Below, piece by piece: positions 47,133-57,552 of a stretch of 64,000 nucleotides of DNA; position 1 is the first letter of the stretch; each line of letters opens with the position of its first letter. The notes under the pieces are model-generated. The model was not told the origin of the DNA. It did not search any database and saw only the letters and a program-made list of their open reading frames with translations. The DNA is from Akkermansiaceae bacterium. GTDB taxonomy: Bacteria > Verrucomicrobiota > Verrucomicrobiia > Verrucomicrobiales > Akkermansiaceae. Where the stretch lies: the NCBI GenBank assembly GCA_051251915.1, contig JBPOGF010000004.1:128001-192000 (forward strand), given 5' to 3'. The position numbers and the translations under genes are program-made.

Positions 47133-48482
47133 TTAAACGTTCATGCCGTTGATTAGGCAGTCGCCTACGGAGATGCCGCCGCGGTAGTTGCCGGCGAATT
47201 TTAGGCCGGGGTTGCTGGACTCGATTTGGTTGAGTTCGGTGAGGACGTTTTCGTGGCCTAGGTTGACTTGGGGGATGGCTTTTTTCCAGGTGGTGAGGTG
47301 GTGGAATGTGGGGTCGCCGGTGATGCCTAGGTTTTTGTTTAGTTCCTTGTGGGCGGTGGCGATCATTTCGTGCTCGGGGAGGCTGGCGATGTCGGGGTTT
47401 CTTGATCCTCCTAGCATGACGTTGATTGCGACGTGGTCGGTTGGAGCGCGGTTGTCGTCAGGGAAGAGGGTGGAGGTGAAGAGAGCACCGAGGATGTTGG
47501 TCTTTTCTGGGAGGCTGGCTAGCATTCCGAATCCGTCTAGGGGGTGTTTCACATGGTTACGCTTGTAGCCTAGGAGGAGGCTGGCGACGGGTGGGTGGTA
47601 GATGGCTTTGGTGTGCTCTAGGTTGATGTTTTCTGGGAACTGGATGGTGTGGAGTTTGTGTGCGGGAACGGTGACTATGACTTGGTCGAACTGTTGTTGG
47701 TGTTGGTTTCCTTGATGCTCGAAATGGTAGTTCCAGTTGTTGTTGGAGGTAAGTTTTAGTGAGCTGTTAGAGACTTCTGTTAGGATGCAGCAGCCTAGTT
47801 TAGTTATTTTTTTCTCAAAGGCATCTGGTAGTTCTTGCATGCCGTTTTGGAAGGAGATGATTTCTTTTTTACGGAGTCTGTTAGGGTTTGGTGAAGGCTT
47901 CTTTGTAGCTGCTAGGAGGAGTGAGCGTTTTTCGCTGACTACTTTATGCATTCTTGGGAAGGCTAGTCTGAAGTGGAGGTTCTCTGGGTCTCCGGCGTAG
48001 ATGCCGTTGACGAAAGCGCCTGCTGCGTAGTTTAGCATGTTTTCTCCTAGGCGGTGTCTGACGAAGTCGGCGAAGGATTGTTCATCTAGTTGAGGGGATT
48101 TGCTGATGAAGGGTTCGCGCGCTAGACGAAGAAGAGTGGGGAAGGTTAGGACTTTATTGAATAGTATATTCTTTAAAGATGTGGGCATAGCTATGGGCTT
48201 GCCGTTTTTGATAATGAAGCGTTTTGCAGAGGAGTGATCTGCGGTGATGATGCGGTCTGTTAGATCTAAATCATCGAGCAAGTTGGCGATTCTAGCATCA
48301 TTGAGCATGATGCTGTTAGGGCCGTGTTCTGCGAGGTAGCCCTCCTTGATGGTGGTGCCCATAGCTCCGCCGACTTTGGTGCCGGACTCAAACACGGTGA
48401 CCGTGTGCCCTTGTTTGCGAAGGGCATAGGCTGTGCTGAGCCCGGTGATGCCAGCACCTAGGATGGCTATATTTTTGCTGAT
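47133..48482 (-). CDS. hemG: Protoporphyrinogen oxidase (HemY-type); start extended to an ATC codon
   Basis: In-frame upstream sequence gives (I)SKNIAILGAGITGLSTAY (Rossmann fold); EHGPNS, GIYAGDP, GFGML, AGNYRGGISVGDC. Confidence 0.88.
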   Translation of the reverse strand: MSKNIAILGAGITGLSTAYALRKQGHTVTVFESGTKVGGAMGTTIKEGYLAEHGPNSIMLNDARIANLLDDLDLTDRIITADHSSAKRFIIKNGKPIAMPTSLKNILFNKVLTFPTLLRLAREPFISKSPQLDEQSFADFVRHRLGENMLNYAAGAFVNGIYAGDPENLHFRLAFPRMHKVVSEKRSLLLAATKKPSPNPNRLRKKEIISFQNGMQELPDAFEKKITKLGCCILTEVSNSSLKLTSNNNWNYHFEHQGNQHQQQFDQVIVTVPAHKLHTIQFPENINLEHTKAIYHPPVASLLLGYKRNHVKHPLDGFGMLASLPEKTNILGALFTSTLFPDDNRAPTDHVAINVMLGGSRNPDIASLPEHEMIATAHKELNKNLGITGDPTFHHLTTWKKAIPQVNLGHENVLTELNQIESSNPGLKFAGNYRGGISVGDCLINGMNV

Positions 48483-48493
48483 GGTGGTAAGAG

Positions 48494-49519
48494 TTAGCGG
48501 TAGTTGGTGATGGTTTCCACGAGGGTTGCCATGTTTTCTGGTTTGGCGGATGGGAGGATGCCGTGTCCGAGGTTGAATATGTGTCCGGTCTTGCCTTTCA
48601 TTGAGTCTAGGACGCGGGTGGCTTCTATTTTGACACGCTCAGAGGTTCCATCGAGGATGGATGGGTCGAGATTTCCTTGGACGGAGATGTCTGCTGGGAG
48701 TGAGTCACGGAATGATGGTAGATCTACTGTCCAGTCTACGCTGAGGCACTTGGCACCTGCTCCGATGAGGGTGGGTGCGTGGTGTGCCATGCCTTTTGCG
48801 AAGATGATGACGGGGAAGTCTGCTGGGAGAGCGGCGATGACGCGGCGCATCCATTTAACTGACATTTCTTCGTAGTCGCGGGCTGAGCAGAGTGAGCCTG
48901 CGGAGTCGAACATCTGTAGGGCGTCTGCGCCGTTTTCGATTTGGTGGAGGAAGAGGTCGATGAGTGAGGTTGAGATTTTCTCCATGAGTTTCTCGAAGAG
49001 TGGTCGGTCTTCGTAGAACATGTTTTTGAGGTTGGAGCAGTTTTTGAGTGAGCCGCCTTCTGTCATGTAGGCTGCGAGTGTCCAGGGTGATCCGCCGAAT
49101 CCGAGGAGTGCTTTTTCTTGGCCGATGACTCCACGGATGGAGCGTAGAGCGGCGCCCATGTAGGAGAGTTTTTCTGCGGTATCTTTTTCATCGAGGGCGT
49201 CAACTTGGGCTTCGTTTTCGATGATGAAGTCCATGCCGATGCCGCCGCCGTCCCGGAAGTGGTAGGGTTGGCCCATGGCTTCTGGGATGACGAGAATGTC
49301 TGAGAACAGGATGGCTGCGTCCATTTCGTAGCGGCGGAGTGGCTGCATGGTGACCTCGGTGGCGAGCTCTGGGGATTTAACCATTTCAGTGAATGAGTAT
49401 GATTCCTTGAGTTTACGGTATTCTGGAAGGTAGCGACCAGCTTGACGCATGACCCAGACTGGTGGGCGGTCTAGTGGTTGGCATTGCACTGCGGCTAGGA
49501 ATCTGTCTCTGCTGTTCAT
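48494..49519 (-). CDS. hemE: Uroporphyrinogen decarboxylase
   Basis: PVWVMRQAGRYLPEY, FSDIL, QGNLDP, HIFNLGHGI. Confidence 0.97.
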   Translation of the reverse strand: MNSRDRFLAAVQCQPLDRPPVWVMRQAGRYLPEYRKLKESYSFTEMVKSPELATEVTMQPLRRYEMDAAILFSDILVIPEAMGQPYHFRDGGGIGMDFIIENEAQVDALDEKDTAEKLSYMGAALRSIRGVIGQEKALLGFGGSPWTLAAYMTEGGSLKNCSNLKNMFYEDRPLFEKLMEKISTSLIDLFLHQIENGADALQMFDSAGSLCSARDYEEMSVKWMRRVIAALPADFPVIIFAKGMAHHAPTLIGAGAKCLSVDWTVDLPSFRDSLPADISVQGNLDPSILDGTSERVKIEATRVLDSMKGKTGHIFNLGHGILPSAKPENMATLVETITNYR

Positions 49520-49625
49520 GTTGGAGGTTTATAATGAGCGGTGGATAAATGCACGTAAAATGTGTGTGGATATTTGTTCTTACTTGGGAGGTTGACAGGA
49601 GGGGGCATTCTGGCATGATGTAGTC

Positions 49626-50669
49626 ATGGCATTGCGGTTAAATACTGCGATCATCAGCGGATGGATCGATAATACGACTCCGGGGGTTACCCGAGGGGGT
49701 ATTGAGGTCGTTGGGATGCAGCGGCCGTTGCAGCTTATTTTAAAGGGGAACTGCTGGCGAGATCTGGCAGGGACGAGGTTGGATTTTGTAAATCCGGAGC
49801 CTCAGGCACAGGAGGATGTGGTGGAGGCTCTGCATGGTTTGCAGCGCGGTGTGGTGGGGGATATGTCTGCTTCACAGAAGGTGAAAGCGCTGCTGATTAC
49901 TAAAGAGGAAATGATTGAGTATCTTGAGGCGAATAAGGAGTTGCCTTTTGAGTGGAAAAATTGCCTTTATTTGGAGTGGTTTAGTTTGGCGAATGGGAGA
50001 GTGGTGGTTGAGGCCACTGGGTTTGAGCTTAAATTATCTGGTCATCACTGGGAGCTGGATCAAGCTGGGGATAGGATACAGCGTGAGGAGAATGCTAATG
50101 CTTTGGAGCATTTTATGGAGTTGATTACTCATGCGAATGAGGCGGAATCTCAGGTTCGTGATGATTTCGTAAATGAGGCGGATGAGTTTGAGTGGGAGCG
50201 TCGACTGCGGGTTCGAGATACTTTGGAGGAGGCTGTAGAGTTCTTATCACAGTCAGAGGATGATGATTCTGATGATCTGTTAGATACTGATTTAATGGAG
50301 GGGAGAGATAAATTGCTGAAGACGGCGCATACTTTGCAGATGGATGTGATGCTGTATTTAGGTAATTCTTTTTTGGATAGTGGATCTAGAGGGGAGTTGG
50401 CGATGGCGGCTCAGTTTGTGTTTGAGACGTTGGATGAAATCTGTCCTGAAACTAGCGAGAAGGATTTGGAAAAAGGTTATCGAATAGCGATGCTGAAGCG
50501 TTCTGCTGATGCTTGTAATGTTGCGATTGCTGCGTGTAATACCTTGGAAATGGAGGACGATGGTTTTGGTCTCATACGCGCAGATATTTTTGATCTACGC
50601 GATATGATGCTTGATAGAGTTAGAGAACTACGTGGTGATCTGGACGATGCACAGGATTTTAAGAATTAA
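49626..50669 (+). CDS. Hypothetical acidic protein
   Basis: 347-aa ORF with a plausible promoter; function not recognised. Confidence 0.75.
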   Translation: MALRLNTAIISGWIDNTTPGVTRGGIEVVGMQRPLQLILKGNCWRDLAGTRLDFVNPEPQAQEDVVEALHGLQRGVVGDMSASQKVKALLITKEEMIEYLEANKELPFEWKNCLYLEWFSLANGRVVVEATGFELKLSGHHWELDQAGDRIQREENANALEHFMELITHANEAESQVRDDFVNEADEFEWERRLRVRDTLEEAVEFLSQSEDDDSDDLLDTDLMEGRDKLLKTAHTLQMDVMLYLGNSFLDSGSRGELAMAAQFVFETLDEICPETSEKDLEKGYRIAMLKRSADACNVAIAACNTLEMEDDGFGLIRADIFDLRDMMLDRVRELRGDLDDAQDFKN

Positions 50670-52099
50670 AAATTGAGCGCCCACTGTACTAATGTGCGGA
50701 CTCCGAAGCCGCTGGCGCCTTCGCCTTTGATGTAGGCGCCTCCTCGGTATCTCCAAGAGGTGGCAGCGATGTCTAATGCTGCCCAGTTGGTGTCGCCTAC
50801 GAATTGTTTGAGGAAGCTGTAGCCTTGAGCCAGGGAGGCTTCGCCGCCTTCTTTACTGTTAACTAGGTCAGCGTAGTTTGACTCTAACAGTTCTTCGTGG
50901 CTTTCCCAGATAGGCATTTGCCAGAAGAGTTCATCGACTTCTTGGCCGGACTGGACGATGCTTTGGCAGAGGGTATCTGAGGTGCCTGCTACGGCTGAGC
51001 CCCCGCGACCGAGGGCGATGTTTACGGCACCGGTTAGTGTGGCTAGATTGACCATGGCATCGGGTTGGTAGGTTTTTGAAACGTAGGAGAGTGCGTCTGC
51101 TAGAATGAGGCGTCCTTCGGCGTCGGTGTTGCTGATTTCGATGGTTTTTCCGGAGTGTGAACCGATCACATCTCCGGGTTTGTATGCGTTTGAGCCTATT
51201 ACATTCTCTGAGCTTGGGATGACGGCGATGATGTTAACTTCTGGCCTGATTTTGGCGAGGGCAGACATGGCTCCGAAGACTGATGTGCCGCCGCATTTGT
51301 CATATTTCATGAGCATCATGCCGGCTGCATTTTTGAGGGAGATACCACCGGCATCGAATGTTAGGCCTTTGCCAACCATGGCGAGGGTTTTTGTGGCTTT
51401 TGGGTTTTTGTATTCGAGACAGATCATTTTAGCTTCTTGAGCGCTTCCTTGGGATACTGCGAGGATGGCGTCCATTCCTAGTAAGCGCATTTCCTCTTCG
51501 TCGATGATTTTGTAGTGTAGGCCTTCGGCTTTTGCTAGCTGGAGGGCTTTGTCGGCGAATGCTGTCGGGGTGAGGAGGTTGGCTGGGGTGTCAGCGATGG
51601 ATCTGGCTTCGTTGGCTGCTGTTGCGGTAATTGTAGCCAGTTGGATTTTAGATTGGTCTAGATGGTCTAGTTTGCTGAAACGGAGTTTACGAAGTGTGTG
51701 GTCTTTGTCTTTTTTGAGATATTTGTAATCACCTAGTATGAGTCCGTCGACTACTGCTGCGGTTTGCTCGGTATTTAGGTTTTCGGTTATTAGTAAGAGT
51801 TCATCTGCGTTGTATTTACGGATGAAGTCGACTGCGGTGCCACCTGCATTTCTTAGTGGGAATAGTGGTCGTTTTTCTGATGGCTTGATAGCGATGATGA
51901 TCCATTGGCCAACACCGAGGGTGTCTGAGGCGATTTTTTTACCGTCGGTTAGCTGTTGGGTGAAGTAATCCGCGAGGGCTTGATTTTTGTCCTCAGGGAA
52001 TAATTTTAGTGTGGTGAGTTCGCTGTGGATGTCATCTGATTGGAGGATGACTATGGCATGTTTTTGAGATTTGGCGGTTTCGAGTATTGGAGAAATCAT
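50666..52099 (-). CDS. pepA: Leucyl aminopeptidase (M17)
   Basis: VGKGLTFDAGG, MKYDKCGG, NTDAEGRL. Confidence 0.93.
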   Translation of the reverse strand: MISPILETAKSQKHAIVILQSDDIHSELTTLKLFPEDKNQALADYFTQQLTDGKKIASDTLGVGQWIIIAIKPSEKRPLFPLRNAGGTAVDFIRKYNADELLLITENLNTEQTAAVVDGLILGDYKYLKKDKDHTLRKLRFSKLDHLDQSKIQLATITATAANEARSIADTPANLLTPTAFADKALQLAKAEGLHYKIIDEEEMRLLGMDAILAVSQGSAQEAKMICLEYKNPKATKTLAMVGKGLTFDAGGISLKNAAGMMLMKYDKCGGTSVFGAMSALAKIRPEVNIIAVIPSSENVIGSNAYKPGDVIGSHSGKTIEISNTDAEGRLILADALSYVSKTYQPDAMVNLATLTGAVNIALGRGGSAVAGTSDTLCQSIVQSGQEVDELFWQMPIWESHEELLESNYADLVNSKEGGEASLAQGYSFLKQFVGDTNWAALDIAATSWRYRGGAYIKGEGASGFGVRTLVQWALNF

Positions 52100-52111
52100 G
52101 ATATTAATTGG

Positions 52112-53026
52112 TTAGTGAGTGAATAGATTTTCGACGCTTAGGTAGCGTTGGCCGGTGTCACAAAGGAAGCAGACGATCGTTTTGCCTGCATTTTCTGGGA
52201 GTTCAGCCAGACGCTTTGCTACAGCAACATTCGCGCCAGATGAGATACCAACTAGAATTCCTTCTTTGGCGGCGATTTCTCTGCAGGTTGCGTAGGCTTC
52301 TTTTTCTGAGATGAGTTCGAAGGAGTCGATGATATCTTTATTGAGAGCAGCAGGGATGAAGCCTGGGGCGGTCCCCATGATCTTATGAGGTTGGAACTTT
52401 CCTTGTGAAATGTATGGCGCGATGTCAGGTTCGACTGCGACGCATTGGATATTTGGGTTTTGTTCCTTGAGGAATTTTCCGGTGCCTGAGATGGTGCCGC
52501 CTGTGCCGAGAGCTGCTACGAGAATATCGACGTTGCCTTGAGTTTGTTGCCAGATTTCTGGTCCGGTAGTTTTGTAATGGCTGTCTGGATTGCTGAGGTT
52601 TTGGTGTTGGCCGAGGTAGTAGTAGTCTGGGTGTTGTTCGCAGATTTCGAGTAATTTTGCCTTGGCTCCTTTTGTGCCCAGAGCGGCAGGGGTGAGGATG
52701 AGTTCTGCGCCGAGCGCGGTCATTACTTGGCGTCTCTCAATACTCTGAATTTCTGACATCACGATGACGACTTTATAGCCCATACGGCAACCGATAGAAG
52801 CCAATGCCATGCCTGTGTTACCACTGGTGGCTTCGATAATCGTATCTCCAGGTTTGATTTCACCTTTGATTTCCGCTGCAGCAATGATCTCGCGCACTGG
52901 GCGGTCTTTGATGCTAATTGGATTTAAGAATTCGCATTTAGCAATGATGTTATTTTCGGGAGCTAGGCCTTTTAGCCTGAGCATGGGGGTGTTTCCTATC
53001 ATTTCTGTGAGGCTTTGACAGATCAT
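52112..53026 (-). CDS. cysK: Second cysteine synthase-family PLP enzyme
   Basis: LNPISIKDR, ATSGNTG, LGTGGT, PHKIMGT. Confidence 0.85.
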   Translation of the reverse strand: MICQSLTEMIGNTPMLRLKGLAPENNIIAKCEFLNPISIKDRPVREIIAAAEIKGEIKPGDTIIEATSGNTGMALASIGCRMGYKVVIVMSEIQSIERRQVMTALGAELILTPAALGTKGAKAKLLEICEQHPDYYYLGQHQNLSNPDSHYKTTGPEIWQQTQGNVDILVAALGTGGTISGTGKFLKEQNPNIQCVAVEPDIAPYISQGKFQPHKIMGTAPGFIPAALNKDIIDSFELISEKEAYATCREIAAKEGILVGISSGANVAVAKRLAELPENAGKTIVCFLCDTGQRYLSVENLFTH

Positions 53027-53127
53027 GAGGAGAGATTACTTATTTTAGGTGAAACTGCTATTCATTTCTTATTTTGTGTAGCGGAGTGGTGCGCAAAATG
53101 GGGGGAATTAGATAAAAGTCTTGCTGG

Positions 53128-53142
53128 TGATAATCAATCTCA
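53128..53142 (+). promoter_or_regulatory. Putative Fur box
   Basis: TGATAAT-C-AATCTCA resembles the 7-1-7 TGATAATnATTATCA consensus; upstream of a TonB-dependent receptor. Confidence 0.6.
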
Positions 53143-53200
53143 ATAGAAGTTGATCTTCGTCCCAATTGACTCAACAGAAATATAAAAAAAATAAAAACCT

Positions 53201-55441
53201 ATGAACAACATAACATGCAATATGTTAAGCCTACTCGCTATCTTTTCAGCAGCTGGATCTGTACTAGCGCAAGAGAGTATCGAAAGTATTGAAAGCGTGG
53301 AGAGTATCGAGGAGCTAGATTCGACTTCGGTGATCGGCAGCCAAGAGAGATTATTTAGACTTGCTGGATCAGCAGCCTATCTTGATGAGAAAGCGCTGAA
53401 TCGTCAGAACTCTACGAATATTAACCAGATCGTAGCACGGGTTCCCGGTGTGTTTTCACGTGATGAGACGGGTACTGGATTTTTCCCAAATTTATCTATC
53501 CGGGGTGCTGATGGCGTGCGAATGAACAGAACGACAGTGATGGAGGACGGCATACTCATGTCGCCAGCACCGTATTCTGCTCCGAGTGCCTATTATTCAC
53601 CTAAGGTGGGTCGTATGAGAGGGCTTGAGATTCTGAAAGGATCTAGTCAAGTGAAGTATGGGCCGCATACAACTGGTGGTGTGGTGAACTTCCTTTCTAC
53701 TGAGATTCCTGATGAGGAGACATTTTATACGAAGCTTCTATACGGATCTGATAATGCGATCAAGGCCCATAGTTATTATGGAAATACTCTTGATACTAGT
53801 AACGGTAAATTTGGCTATTTGTTAGAGATGTATTATGATGGATCTGATGGATTCAGAAATGTGCAGTCTACACCAGAGAACAGTAATCCACGTGACACTG
53901 GTCACTCGCTCATCGAGCCAATGTTGAAGTTATCATGGGAGCCAGATACGGCGATGAAGCAGAAATTTGAGTTCCGCTATGGTTACTCAGATCTTGATGC
54001 TAATGAGTCTTATCTCGGTCTAACAGATGCTGATGTAAGAAGTAATCCAGACATGCGTTATGCGGGGTCTAGGTTTGATAACATCACTTCTCAGCAGCAC
54101 CGCACGCATTTGAAATATTCATTTGCACCTAGTGAGAATTTGGATTTTGAGACGACTGCTTATTTTAATCAGTTTTCTAGAAACTGGTATAAGCTTAACC
54201 GCGTGGGTGTTGATAGAGCTAGCGCGCACAATGTGCTAGGTAACCCTGCTGCAAATGCGACTGCGTTTGGTATTCTCAACGGAACAGAGGCTGGACCATT
54301 GGATGTGAAGGCAAATAACCGTGACTATGAAGCCTATGGTCTTCAGTTTGCCGGAAGCTATGCTTACGAAGCGATGAATGCGACTAACACTTTGGACTTT
54401 GGAGTGAGATTTCATAAGGACAAGATTAGAAGGTTCCAGCATGCAGATCTTTATAACATGAATGCAAATGGTGGGGTTGATTCTGTGGATTACGGTTACC
54501 GTGGGCCAGATACAGAGGGCAACCGTCTTCAGGAGTCTAAGGCTATTGCAGTCTGGATGGAAAATGAGATGGACTTTGGTCATCTTAGCATCAAGCCGGG
54601 TGTGCGTTACGAGTATGTGGACCAATATCATGCAGACTATGCGACAGGTGATACTTACTCAGGTAGCACTAACTATTTAGCTCCGGGAGTTGGGTTCACT
54701 TTTGATGTGAATCCTTCTAACATTATTTATGGTGGAATTTATAAAGGTTTCTCAATTGCGGGGCCGCGTGCGGCTCAGAGAGATGGTGTAGATCCAGAGG
54801 AAAGTATAGGGTATGAGCTGGGGCTAAGACACCGCACAGATCGTGTGAATGCTGAGTTGGCTTTGTTCTACACTGATTTCTCAAACATGATCTCATCCGA
54901 TGCAGGATTAGGTGACACGAGTTCTACGAATGCTGGAGCTGCGACTGTTTATGGTTTGGAAGCAAGTCTTAGTTACGATTTGTTAGATGGGAATAGAGGT
55001 TACATGATGCCTGTCTATGCTACAGCTACTCTTACCTCTGCAACCATTGACAACGCTTTAACAAGTGGTGGCGAAGGTGACATTTATAGTGGCGGTGAGG
55101 ATGATGCACGAATCCCATACATTCCTGAATTCCAAGCATCATTCGGTTTGGGGTTTGAGGCTGAGACTTGGGGAGCGAACCTAGATGCAACTTACATTGG
55201 TGAGTCATTTGGTACTGCACTTGAAGATACTGCAGCGGCAGGTTCATCATCAAGAAATGGTGCTGTGGGTGACGGTTTCACCGTTGATCTCAGTGGTTAC
55301 TATCAGATGAACGAGCAAACTAAACTCATTGGTGGGCTCACAAATATGTTCGACGAGCGCTACATTTCATCACGTCTTCCTGATGGAGCTAGAGCGAATC
55401 CAGGGCGCACGGTTTACGCTGGATTTGAGATCAAGTTCTAA
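53201..55441 (+). CDS. TonB-dependent receptor (FecA-like iron uptake)
   Basis: Plug motifs VPGV, NLSIRG, EILKGSSQVKYGP..GGVVNF; C-terminal PGRTVYAGFEIKF. Confidence 0.92.
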   Translation: MNNITCNMLSLLAIFSAAGSVLAQESIESIESVESIEELDSTSVIGSQERLFRLAGSAAYLDEKALNRQNSTNINQIVARVPGVFSRDETGTGFFPNLSIRGADGVRMNRTTVMEDGILMSPAPYSAPSAYYSPKVGRMRGLEILKGSSQVKYGPHTTGGVVNFLSTEIPDEETFYTKLLYGSDNAIKAHSYYGNTLDTSNGKFGYLLEMYYDGSDGFRNVQSTPENSNPRDTGHSLIEPMLKLSWEPDTAMKQKFEFRYGYSDLDANESYLGLTDADVRSNPDMRYAGSRFDNITSQQHRTHLKYSFAPSENLDFETTAYFNQFSRNWYKLNRVGVDRASAHNVLGNPAANATAFGILNGTEAGPLDVKANNRDYEAYGLQFAGSYAYEAMNATNTLDFGVRFHKDKIRRFQHADLYNMNANGGVDSVDYGYRGPDTEGNRLQESKAIAVWMENEMDFGHLSIKPGVRYEYVDQYHADYATGDTYSGSTNYLAPGVGFTFDVNPSNIIYGGIYKGFSIAGPRAAQRDGVDPEESIGYELGLRHRTDRVNAELALFYTDFSNMISSDAGLGDTSSTNAGAATVYGLEASLSYDLLDGNRGYMMPVYATATLTSATIDNALTSGGEGDIYSGGEDDARIPYIPEFQASFGLGFEAETWGANLDATYIGESFGTALEDTAAAGSSSRNGAVGDGFTVDLSGYYQMNEQTKLIGGLTNMFDERYISSRLPDGARANPGRTVYAGFEIKF

Positions 55442-55471
55442 GTTCTAGCGGAACGGGATTCTACTGTAATC

Positions 55472-55510
55472 ATAGCCCTACTAGATGCTACATCTAGTGG
55501 GGTTATTTAT
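55472..55510 (+). terminator. Intrinsic terminator between convergent genes
   Basis: atagccctactagatg-cta-catctagtggggttat stem. Confidence 0.75.
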
Positions 55511-55516
55511 TTAATT

Positions 55517-56449
55517 TTATTGTCCCTGAGTCTGCGATTGTATCTTCAGTGGTAAGGGCGTGACCAATGGAGGCAGGCGTTTAGTAGAGATTCCTACTTT
55601 TAGTGAAGTGGAGGTGCCGGACAAGCCGGAGAAGCCACCGCTGACAGGCATCACACCCCGAGGATGATGGCTTACACCTACCGCGATATGTCCGGAGCTG
55701 ACCCTTTTACCGATAGAGGGGTCATAGCCAGTCCATCCGTGATCAGCTAAATAGATCTCAGCCCAGGCATGGGTTGATCCACGGCCTACCTTGGAATTTC
55801 CACTTTCCATGTATCCGCTCACAAACCTAGCTGGGTAACCTAGGGCTCTACTGGTCTCTATCATAAGAACAGCCATGTCGCGGCATGAGCCGCTCTCTAG
55901 CTTGAGTGTCTCGGCGGGTGACTGAACACCTATCGCTTCACGGCGCGTGTATTTGATGACACGGTGAATTAGTATCGCCATGTCGTCGAAAATTGCTGCC
56001 TTTTGGCCTGGTTTAGGAGCTAGTCCGCTTCTTGTGAACCATTTGCGCAAAAGGGAAACTTCTGGAGGGTAAATATATTGCAAATAAGGAACTGAAACCA
56101 TCTGTTCTATCCCTGCCTGCATTGAAGGATAGGGAACGTAGATCGGTTCTTGGTCAGTTTTTTCTGGTGGCACGCTAACGGTGAACTCACTGACGATCTT
56201 TAGCTCTGTAGCGGCCTCCAATACATTTACGATTGCAATGCTATTGTCGAGCATGTCTCTGTGCCACCGAACTTCTGCTTTAGGGGAGATCGTTAGATTC
56301 ATGGTGTTGAGTCGGATGTCATGCCCCTCACGCGGCCTAAGAACCATACGGTGGGGTGTGAAATTCACCTGTGCGGAATACGAGTAAACTGTCTCATGTA
56401 TTAAATGGATCTGTTCCCATGTTTCGGGTAATGTGTCAAAAATCTTCAT
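55517..56449 (-). CDS. Transglutaminase-like protein
   Basis: HETVYSY..LRPR N-terminal domain, GSCRDMA, ARFVSGY, HAWAE, GYDP; start MKIFD preferred. Confidence 0.88.
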   Translation of the reverse strand: MKIFDTLPETWEQIHLIHETVYSYSAQVNFTPHRMVLRPREGHDIRLNTMNLTISPKAEVRWHRDMLDNSIAIVNVLEAATELKIVSEFTVSVPPEKTDQEPIYVPYPSMQAGIEQMVSVPYLQYIYPPEVSLLRKWFTRSGLAPKPGQKAAIFDDMAILIHRVIKYTRREAIGVQSPAETLKLESGSCRDMAVLMIETSRALGYPARFVSGYMESGNSKVGRGSTHAWAEIYLADHGWTGYDPSIGKRVSSGHIAVGVSHHPRGVMPVSGGFSGLSGTSTSLKVGISTKRLPPLVTPLPLKIQSQTQGQ

Positions 56450-56453
56450 ATTT

Positions 56454-57305
56454 TCAGGGCAGGATGATTGCTTGGTTTGCGGCAACAAGCGAGTCACGAG
56501 TGATAGGCTCAAAATTGGAATCTAATAGCTCACATTGCACCTGACTTTTTGTAAGTTGAGGATCGCCGAAAATAGTGCAGACCGCTGCATCTGCAGCATC
56601 CCTTCCGGTGGCTATTCTCACGAGCCCATTGAGTGGAGCAAGTCGAGTGGCGTCAAAGATATACCACCACCCTCCAATGAATACCTCAAAACATGCATGA
56701 AAATCTTGCGGCTCAAGCTGGTAAGCATACACCGTAACGTAACGAGCAGGCACATTCAGAGCGCGACATAGAGTAATTCCTAAATGAGCAAAATCCCTGC
56801 ACACGCCTTGTCTGCCATTCATTGTATCCACTGCGGAAGACATCTCGCCAGAACTACCGCTAACGTAGGCGATATTTTCATAAATCCAGTCACTCACCGC
56901 CGAAGCGATTGCGTAAGGTCCCTCGACATGACCAAACATGTCGTTCGCTTGCTGGCGCATGATGTCTGACTGGCAATAACGACTAGGAAAGAGGAAAGGA
57001 ATTCCCTCTGGGTTAAGATTGCTCATCGGGTTGAATCTGATCTCGTTCACATCCATGATGCTGTGTGAAATACTCATTTCCGCGGTGTAAGAAATTTCCA
57101 GATAGCCTGGGTTATGAGTCAAAAGTCGTGAAAACCGGTTCATTCCGCTCACAATATGAAAGTCCTCAATTTCCACCTGCGGGTTCGTTTCTAGCGACTC
57201 ACTGGTGATTTTCTGGCCACCGGTTTCCAAACATTTAAGAGCGAACAGGAATGTCGCTGGATGGTTAAGCTGATATGCAAGATCGCAACTGACTTTTAAG
57301 TTCAT
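56454..57305 (-). CDS. Transglutaminase-like protein
   Basis: PSRYCQSD, GVCRDFAH, DFHACFE, FDAT, GRDAAD. Confidence 0.9.
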   Translation of the reverse strand: MNLKVSCDLAYQLNHPATFLFALKCLETGGQKITSESLETNPQVEIEDFHIVSGMNRFSRLLTHNPGYLEISYTAEMSISHSIMDVNEIRFNPMSNLNPEGIPFLFPSRYCQSDIMRQQANDMFGHVEGPYAIASAVSDWIYENIAYVSGSSGEMSSAVDTMNGRQGVCRDFAHLGITLCRALNVPARYVTVYAYQLEPQDFHACFEVFIGGWWYIFDATRLAPLNGLVRIATGRDAADAAVCTIFGDPQLTKSQVQCELLDSNFEPITRDSLVAANQAIILP

Positions 57306-57497
57306 ATGTTTTGTTGTGTAATTTAGTAAATGTTAATGGCTAAGGTTACTCTAGCACTTTTCATACCTTTTTCTGCAAATTAAAAATTAAAAAACAAAAG
57401 GCGGTATAGGGAACTGTATGGATATAGTGATGCGTATTAACGTTCCTCCATTTTTCTTATTTGTTTCGCTACTTCATATTCGCTTGTATTGCCTAAA

Positions 57498-57535
57498 TAA
57501 AGCCCAGTCGGTCTAGTAGACCTGACTGGACTTTA
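57498..57535 (-). terminator. Hairpin/terminator after msrA
   Basis: taaag-ccagtc-ggtcta/tagacc-gactgg-cttta. Confidence 0.7.
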
Positions 57536-57552
57536 GAAATACCTAGCTGGGA

